Assembly: GCA_038257035.1 (NCBI GenBank)
Contig: JBBSJT010000001.1
Location: forward strand, 1 to 60,451
Length of the DNA stretch: 60,451 bases
DNA from: Chlamydiia bacterium
GTDB taxonomy: Bacteria > Chlamydiota > Chlamydiia > Chlamydiales > Parachlamydiaceae
Direction: 5' to 3'
The notes beneath the pieces are model-generated. The model did not search any database. It saw only the letters and a program-made list of their open reading frames with translations, and was not told the DNA's origin. The position numbers and the translations under genes are program-made. Positions 54,436 through 60,451 of this stretch are shown here, in pieces. Every line of letters begins with the position of its first letter. The stretch's first letter is position 1.

Positions 54436-55197
54436 ATGATCACAAATAGCAACAATACAGCAAGTAATAACCCGGTAAGCAGCATCGATCTAACTCGACC
54501 AATTGAAAAATGCACTCCCTTAGTGCCCGATATTTTAAACATCATATTCAGTCAATCAGACATCAAATCTCTAGGAAATATCAGCTCTGTTTCAAGAGAA
54601 TGGCATGTGGAAAGTGGCAAAGACATCACTTGGCAGGCCCATAAGGGTGAATTTAATGTGGAAGGCCCAAATATTAAAGCAAAAATCAAAGCTTCTATAC
54701 CGACCATTGAAGAGCTTTTTAATGAAATTTTTGCAGAAATAGATAAGCAAAATTTGTATCCAGAGAAAAAAGCATTTACTTTGAACTTAGTTAAAATTTT
54801 ATTTACTAAAGGAAATATCCGTAGTATTCAGATAGAAAATTTATCTTCATATAAAGGTAAAGAAAAGTGGTTTACTATTATTTTGAAAGAAGTAAAACAA
54901 ATAAATTTCAATAATTCTGATATTTTTAATATTGTAATACCTAAAAAAGTTTTGTTTTCTGTGTTCGATCGAGGACTTGATTTCGTAAAAATTGATTATA
55001 CCAAAGACACTGTAGAGCATTTTCCAATTCAAATAAATAATAAAAAATTAAGTTTTGGCATCAATAAATGCAAGAGCCTTTATATAGATTTTGAGGAAAA
55101 GTTTATAACCAATTGCTGTTATGAAAGTAAAGTCTTAGCACCTTCTCAAGAGGTATTCAAAACAGACAAAACTCTTCTCGACACCATCAAAAAATAA
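54436..55197 (+). CDS. F-box-like protein, tandem paralogue
   Basis: Colinear with 53449-54210 (MITNSNNTASNN.., LVPDILNIIFSQSDIKSLGNISSVSREWH). I chose ATG 54436 by homology; the ORF track starts at GTG 54427. Confidence 0.55.
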   Translation: MITNSNNTASNNPVSSIDLTRPIEKCTPLVPDILNIIFSQSDIKSLGNISSVSREWHVESGKDITWQAHKGEFNVEGPNIKAKIKASIPTIEELFNEIFAEIDKQNLYPEKKAFTLNLVKILFTKGNIRSIQIENLSSYKGKEKWFTIILKEVKQINFNNSDIFNIVIPKKVLFSVFDRGLDFVKIDYTKDTVEHFPIQINNKKLSFGINKCKSLYIDFEEKFITNCCYESKVLAPSQEVFKTDKTLLDTIKK

Positions 55198-55248
55198 ATC
55201 GGCCCTTAACGCGGAAGTGCATAGCGATAGCGCTAACTAAAAAAAATT

Positions 55249-55433
55249 ATAAAGCAGGCCTACAGCCTGCAACTTATTACTTACCTTCCTAGGGCGATGC
55301 CCTAGGCTTTTACAAGTCAGGCCTTCAGCCTGGAGAAACGGTTTTTCAGGGCAAAGCCCTGGTTTATAAAAGCCTAGGGCACCGCCCTAGGTAAGATATG
55401 GAATAAAAAATGCAGGCTGTAGGCCTGCTTTAT
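55249..55433. repeat. palindromic element, GCAGGCCTACAGCCTGC / CCTAGGGC family, copy 3
   Basis: ATAAAGCAGGCCTACAGCCTGCA..CCTAGGGCGATGCCCTAGG..CAGGCCTTCAGCCTGG..CAGGGCAAAGCCCTG..CCTAGGGCACCGCCCTAGG..TGCAGGCTGTAGGCCTGCTTTAT. Confidence 0.9.
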
Positions 55434-55591
55434 ATTTATAAGTATATTTTACTTAATTAATCTGATCCTTAACTTGTAGCGGTTGAACTTTTTGATTCGC
55501 CCTTTCCCTGCCTCTCTTGTTTCTCTATCCATTGACTTTTTTTCTCTTTTTAAGGTAAAGTGAGCTAAAGTTTTATTAACAAGAGAAATCC

Positions 55592-56866
55592 ATGTGCGAG
55601 CCAAAAAAAAATACCAATCCCAACTTATATTTTGCCCTTGCAGCTTCTATTGGCTTGTGTGCAGGGTACTTCAATATTCCACTCATCAATAGTTTTGCAA
55701 GCACTGTGGCAGATTTATTTATCAGCTTATTAAAACTTGTCAGCTTGCCAATCATCTTTCTTTCGATTGTTTCGACAGCCTCAGGCATGAGCAGTATGGA
55801 TGAAGTGAAAAAGATGGGTAAAAAAGTTGTCAAATATACCCTATTGACAACTGTATTATCGGCAATGGTAGCTTTAAGCCTTTACGTTATTGTCAATCCG
55901 GTAAGAGGCATAATCCATCAAATGCCATCAGTTGAAATGACAAATACAGCTGCTACCCAGCCAACCTACTGGACTTATCTTGCAGATCAAATTCCATCAA
56001 ACTTCATTAAGCCATTTCTTGAAAACCAGGTAATCAGCGTTTTGTTCCTTGCCATTTTACTAAGTATGGCTATTTTGGCCTTACCTGATGAAAATAGAAA
56101 GCCACTTAACACCCTTTTTTCAAGTTTATATGCAGCTGTAATGAAATTGACATCGTGGCTAGTCCAGCTTATGCCAATTGCAGTTGCGGCCTTTATTATT
56201 CTTTTTATGCGTGACCTAAAAGAGGGATTAGAAGTTAAAGCCTTGGCCCTTTATTTAGCAGTTGTTGTGATGGCTAATTTAATCCAAGGCTTGGTCATTC
56301 TCCCATTATTTTTAAAATGGAAGGGGATTTCGCCATTTGCAACAGCACGCGGTATGTTTCCTGCGCTTTCAGTTGCTTTTTTTACAAAATCCTCAGCAGC
56401 AGCTCTTCCGATGGTGATGCGTTGTGCTGAAGATAATTTAAAAGTCACAAAAAAAGTATCTGGATTTACGCTTCCTCTTTGCACAACAATTAATATGAAT
56501 GGGTGTGCTGCTTTTATTTTGATTACTGTTCTTTTTGTTTCTATGAGTAATGGCGTTGTTTATACTCCCGTTGAAATGATGACCTGGGTTTTTGTTGCAA
56601 CCATTGCAGCAGTCGGCAATGCGGGCGTTCCAATGGGCTGTTATTTTCTTTCGAGCGCCTTTTTAGCGGCAATGAATGTACCCTTAAATATTTTGGGCAT
56701 TATTCTTCCTTTCTATACCCTGATTGATATGCTTGAAACAGCCATTAACGTATGGTCTGATTCTTGCGTGGCTGTAGTGGTTGACAAAGAAATGAAAGGA
56801 GAAGTATCGGTAAGTTTAGGATCAATGCCACAAATAACGGAAGTTTATGAACCAGTTAAAGAGTAA
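55592..56866 (+). CDS. dicarboxylate/amino acid:cation symporter (DAACS family)
   Basis: 424 aa polytopic protein. AFFTKSSAAALPMVM and NMNGCAAF / GVPMG blocks are typical of GltP-type transporters. Confidence 0.85.
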   Translation: MCEPKKNTNPNLYFALAASIGLCAGYFNIPLINSFASTVADLFISLLKLVSLPIIFLSIVSTASGMSSMDEVKKMGKKVVKYTLLTTVLSAMVALSLYVIVNPVRGIIHQMPSVEMTNTAATQPTYWTYLADQIPSNFIKPFLENQVISVLFLAILLSMAILALPDENRKPLNTLFSSLYAAVMKLTSWLVQLMPIAVAAFIILFMRDLKEGLEVKALALYLAVVVMANLIQGLVILPLFLKWKGISPFATARGMFPALSVAFFTKSSAAALPMVMRCAEDNLKVTKKVSGFTLPLCTTINMNGCAAFILITVLFVSMSNGVVYTPVEMMTWVFVATIAAVGNAGVPMGCYFLSSAFLAAMNVPLNILGIILPFYTLIDMLETAINVWSDSCVAVVVDKEMKGEVSVSLGSMPQITEVYEPVKE

Positions 56867-57866
56867 TCCAAATTATTTTCAGGCCGATAGCAAAAAAGTC
56901 ATTGAACAGTTGGGTAAAGACAAACTTTTAGAATGTCTTTACCAGATGTTATTGATTCGCCATTTTGAAATACGGGCAGAGTCTGCCTACCAGACCGGTA
57001 AAGTTGGCGGGTTTTTCCACGCTTATACAGGGCAAGAAGCTATACAAACAGCAGCCGTTGCAGCACTTGGACAAAAAAATTGGTGGACAACATCCTACCG
57101 CTGCCACGCTTTAGCTATTTTATTAGGAATACCTGTAAACGACTTAATGGCAGAGCTTTATGGTAAGTCTACCGGCAATGCGAAGGGTCGTGGCGGCTCC
57201 ATGCACTTTTTTGCAGAGCGCATGCTTGGCGGCCACGGAATTGTTGGCGGTCAAATACCAATTGCCACAGGCGCCGGTTTTGCCGTAAAATATAAAGAGA
57301 TTAAAGACGAAATTTCTGTTTGTTTCATGGGGGACGGCGCTGTTGCACAAGGCTCATTTCATGAATCTCTTAATTTAGCCTCCCTCTATAATTTACCCTG
57401 CATCTATGTGATCGAAAACAATTATTGGGGTATGGGAACAGCCGTTAGTCGCGCAATTAGCGTCGAAAGACTTGCAGAAGACAAAGCAGCAGGTTATAAT
57501 ATGAAAGGCTACACCTTTGACGGTGTTGATTTTTTTAATTGTTATGCAGGTTTTTCTCATCTAAAAGAAGAAGTTTTAAATACTTCTCGTCCGGTTTTGG
57601 TAGAAGTCAGAGCCGATCGTTTCAAAGGCCATTCTATTTCAGATCCTGCAGCCTACCGAACCAAAGAAGTTTTAAAAGAAGTAATAGCAAAAGATCCGAT
57701 CTTCTTTTTAAAAAATGCCTTGATCGAAGCTAAAATGGTTGATGAAGAAACATTTAAAGAAATGGATAGCAAAGCAAGAGAGCAGTGTGTAAAAGCGATG
57801 GAATATGCGGACAATAGTCCCTGGCCGGAACTTGTTACTTTGGAAGAAGATGTATTTGCACCTTAA
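56847..57866 (+). CDS. pdhA: pyruvate dehydrogenase E1 component alpha subunit
   Basis: 339 aa. TPP-binding motif MGDGAVAQGSFHESLNLASLYNLPCIYVIENNYWGMGT. Followed by the E1 beta and E2 genes. Confidence 0.9.
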   Translation: MNQLKSNPNYFQADSKKVIEQLGKDKLLECLYQMLLIRHFEIRAESAYQTGKVGGFFHAYTGQEAIQTAAVAALGQKNWWTTSYRCHALAILLGIPVNDLMAELYGKSTGNAKGRGGSMHFFAERMLGGHGIVGGQIPIATGAGFAVKYKEIKDEISVCFMGDGAVAQGSFHESLNLASLYNLPCIYVIENNYWGMGTAVSRAISVERLAEDKAAGYNMKGYTFDGVDFFNCYAGFSHLKEEVLNTSRPVLVEVRADRFKGHSISDPAAYRTKEVLKEVIAKDPIFFLKNALIEAKMVDEETFKEMDSKAREQCVKAMEYADNSPWPELVTLEEDVFAP

Positions 57867-57881
57867 AAATTGGACTTTTTC

Positions 57882-58877
57882 ATGAATCAAGAATTTCAAA
57901 ATATCGAAATGCGAGAAGCCTTACGTCAGGCAATTGATGAAGAAATGGCAAGAGATCCTCTTGTCTTTTTAATGGGTGAAGAAGTTGCAGAATACAATGG
58001 CGCTTATAAAGTTTCCAAAGGACTGCTCGATAAATATGGACCAAAACGCATCATCGATACACCCATCTCTGAACTTGGATTTGCAGGTCTTGGGGTTGGC
58101 GCTGCCATGTGCGGCTTAAGACCGATCATCGAATTTATGAGTTTTAACTTCTCTTTTGTAGCAGCAGACCAGATCATATCGAACGCCTCAAAAATGTATT
58201 ACATGTCGGGAAATCGCTTTTCTGTTCCTATTGTTTTTAGAGGACCAAACGGATGTGCAGCGCAAGTCTCGAGCCAGCATTCCCATTCTGTAGAAGCCAT
58301 TTACAGCAATTTCCCGGGGCTTATCATAATCGCAGCCGGTAACTCGTACGATGCCAAAGGTTTGCTAAAATCAGCCATCAGAAATAATAATCCAGTGCTT
58401 TTCTTAGAATCGGAACTCTGTTATGGCGACAAAATAGATATTCCGAAAGGGGAGTACCTTGTTCCTATCGGTAAGGCTAAAGTTGTACGCGAAGGGACAG
58501 ATATCACACTCATTTCTTATAGCAATGTGTTAAAAAACTGCCTACATGCCGCAGTCGAGCTTGCTAAAAAGGGGATTAAAGCTGAAGTTATTGATCTTCG
58601 CACAATCAAACCTTTAGACATTAACACGATTTGTACTTCAGTTAAAAAGACAAACCGTGCCGTACTAGTTGAAGAAGGTCATCTTTTTGCAGGAATCGCC
58701 GCAGAACTTGGCTTTCAAATCCAAGAGTTTTGCTTTGATTACCTCGATGCACCCCTTCAAAGAGTTTGCCAGATGGAAACGCCAATGCCCTATTCAAAAG
58801 TATTGGAAAAAGAAACATTACCTAATGTGGACCGTATTTTAAAAGCTGTTTATAAATCGTTAAATCGGGGTCTATAG
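57882..58877 (+). CDS. pdhB: pyruvate dehydrogenase E1 component beta subunit
   Basis: The REALRQAIDEEMARDPLVFLMGEEVAEYNGAYKVSKGL..PKRIIDTPISELGFAG pattern is typical of E1 beta. I prefer ATG 57882 to TTG 57870. Confidence 0.9.
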   Translation: MNQEFQNIEMREALRQAIDEEMARDPLVFLMGEEVAEYNGAYKVSKGLLDKYGPKRIIDTPISELGFAGLGVGAAMCGLRPIIEFMSFNFSFVAADQIISNASKMYYMSGNRFSVPIVFRGPNGCAAQVSSQHSHSVEAIYSNFPGLIIIAAGNSYDAKGLLKSAIRNNNPVLFLESELCYGDKIDIPKGEYLVPIGKAKVVREGTDITLISYSNVLKNCLHAAVELAKKGIKAEVIDLRTIKPLDINTICTSVKKTNRAVLVEEGHLFAGIAAELGFQIQEFCFDYLDAPLQRVCQMETPMPYSKVLEKETLPNVDRILKAVYKSLNRGL

Positions 58878-58880
58878 TCT

Positions 58881-60164
58881 ATGCCTACAACCGTGACAAT
58901 GCCAAAACTATCACCGACAATGGAAGAGGGAACAATTGCTTCCTGGCATAAAAAGGAAGGCGATTTTGTCGAAGCAGGGGATTTGCTTCTTGAAATTGCA
59001 ACTGATAAAGCAACTTTGGAATATTTGGCATTAGATGCAGGTTTCTTAAGAAAAATTATAGTACCTGAGGGTAAATCTGCTGCCGTGAATCAAGCGATAG
59101 CAGTTTTTACAACAGATAAAAATGAAAACATAGAAGGTTTTCCAGCAGAAGAGGCTGTAAAACCGGCAGTTGTGGCAGAACCTTCAACAGATTCTAAACC
59201 AGCTGAACCAAAACAAACGACATTAGCCCCTATTGCAAAGGCAACTTTTCAACCTGAACCCCCACTTGAGAACTACACTTTTAATTATCCGACAGAAAAT
59301 GAAAACCGAATGGCTTCATCACCTTTAGCAAGAAGCTTAGCAAAAGAAAAAGGTTTGGATATCGCTTCTGTCAAAGGTACAGGACCTGGGGGACGTATTG
59401 TTAAGGCAGATCTTGAAAATGCGCAACCCTTAACTGACTTTTCTTTTAACCGAAGCAAAATTCCAACTGAAAGCCCCGGTTCTTATACAGAAGAAGAATT
59501 AAGCCCTATACGTAAAGTCATTGCGACAAGGTTACAAGAATCAAAATCTTTCATCCCTCATTTTTATGTCAATCAAATGGTCAATGTCGATGCACTGGTT
59601 TCTTTAAGGGAACAATTAAAGACAGTTGGTCTTAATGTGACCTTTAATGATTTCGTTATAAAAGCCTGTGCCTTTGCTTTAAGAAAGCACCCCACGGTCA
59701 ATAGCGGCTTTAATTCTGCGAATAATACCATCATCCATTTTAAAACAATTGACATTGCCGTTGCCGTCACAATTGAGGATGGCCTCATCACACCAATCAT
59801 TCGCCATGCCGATTATAAAAATTTGGGTGAAATTTCTGTTGAAATGAAGGCTCTTGGAAAAAAAGCAAAAACCAATAAATTGAAGCCTGAAGAATTTAAA
59901 GGTGGCTCTTTTACAGTTTCTAATATGGGAATGTTTGGAGTCAGCGGGTTTGGTGCCATCATCAACCCACCGCAGGCAGCAATTCTTGCCATCAGCGGTA
60001 TTCAAGAACAGCCTGTTATTAAAAATGGCGCTGTCGTTCCGGGTAAAGTAATGAATATCACCTTATCCGCCGATCATCGTGTTGTCGATGGCGTAGCTGG
60101 GGCTGAATTCATCAAATCCGTCCAGCACTACCTCGAAAACCCCGCGGCCCTCCTCCTCAACTAA
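58881..60164 (+). CDS. pdhC: dihydrolipoamide acetyltransferase (E2)
   Basis: 427 aa. One lipoyl domain (EIATDKATLE), a peripheral-subunit-binding domain (SPLARSLAKEKGLDIASVKGTGPGGRI) and a catalytic domain with DHRVVDG. Confidence 0.9.
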   Translation: MPTTVTMPKLSPTMEEGTIASWHKKEGDFVEAGDLLLEIATDKATLEYLALDAGFLRKIIVPEGKSAAVNQAIAVFTTDKNENIEGFPAEEAVKPAVVAEPSTDSKPAEPKQTTLAPIAKATFQPEPPLENYTFNYPTENENRMASSPLARSLAKEKGLDIASVKGTGPGGRIVKADLENAQPLTDFSFNRSKIPTESPGSYTEEELSPIRKVIATRLQESKSFIPHFYVNQMVNVDALVSLREQLKTVGLNVTFNDFVIKACAFALRKHPTVNSGFNSANNTIIHFKTIDIAVAVTIEDGLITPIIRHADYKNLGEISVEMKALGKKAKTNKLKPEEFKGGSFTVSNMGMFGVSGFGAIINPPQAAILAISGIQEQPVIKNGAVVPGKVMNITLSADHRVVDGVAGAEFIKSVQHYLENPAALLLN

Positions 60165-60176
60165 ATTAAACTTGCT

Positions 60177-60313
60177 AATTTGGAGTGCGGAGACTCGTCT
60201 CCGCTTTCACCCTTAGCCCGACTTGTCGGGCTCTGTAATTCTGATTTTTTTCTAAAAATCAGAATTACAGACAAATCGACGAGTCGATTTGAGCTACAGA
60301 GCGGAGACGAGTC
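60177..60313. repeat. nested-palindrome element, AATTTGGAGTGCGG family, copy 3 (right terminus degenerate)
   Basis: AATTTGGAGTGCGGAGACTCGTCTCCGC..AGCCCGACTTGTCGGGCT..CTGTAATTCTGATTTTTTTCTAAAAATCAGAATTACAG..CAAATCGACGAGTCGATTTGAGC..GCGGAGACGAGTC. It is colinear with the reverse complement of copy 1. Confidence 0.85.
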
Positions 60314-60451
60314 CTTACAGTCGGACACATCTTTTTCTTGACTTTTTTTTGTCATTATTTGACTCATGAATTATTCCTTAATCCTAAGATCATTTTATGA
60401 GTCAATTCATATCCATATATCATGTCTACCAATCTCACGATACCCCTCCAA

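Noticed and set aside
60161-60367. 68-aa minus-strand ORF after pdhC
   Set aside because: It is composed of the AATTTGGAGTGCGG-family repeat (copy 3). An equivalent ORF is not preserved in the other copies.
60421-60451. Possible start of a plus-strand gene (ATGTCTACCAATCTCACG..) at the window edge
   Set aside because: Only 10 codons are visible, so there is no way to support it.

Overview
This is an AT-rich bacterial chromosomal segment. By gene content it resembles an amoeba-associated environmental chlamydia (Parachlamydiaceae-like). That assignment is inference only, since no search was run. The supporting genes are a DUF502 pair, RNase R, LeuRS, cyoABCDE, PDH E1/E2, a eukaryote-type kinase, and many F-box-like and LRR proteins.

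I can support about 55 protein genes, one tRNA-Ser(UGA), two decayed pseudogenes, and a very dense set of long nested-palindromic intergenic repeats (about 20 loci, at least five families).

Housekeeping blocks:
- lysC fragment, holC, rnr, leuS
- cyo operon
- nfeD-floA-yggS
- transporter plus pdhABC

DNA-repair genes: dinB, mpg, tag, ku plus split ligD, and a PhrB-like photolyase relative that cannot hold a 4-Cys Fe-S cluster.

Accessory genes with eukaryote-like motifs:
- eight F-box-like proteins, including a tandem F-box/beta-propeller array with one decaying copy
- a Hanks-type kinase
- a proline-repeat protein whose C-terminus looks like a Dbl-homology RhoGEF domain
- two tandem free-standing DUF2156 (MprF C-terminal type) transferases
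- a wHTH plus minimal-nucleotidyltransferase module behind a perfect 40-bp palindrome

The most interesting candidate is a YbhB-type PEBP gene directly upstream of a divergent lipoxygenase-like gene that keeps all five metal-ligand positions. This pairing recalls the eukaryotic PEBP1/15-LOX lipid-peroxidation complex.

All functional calls rest on motifs read by eye. None was confirmed by database search.
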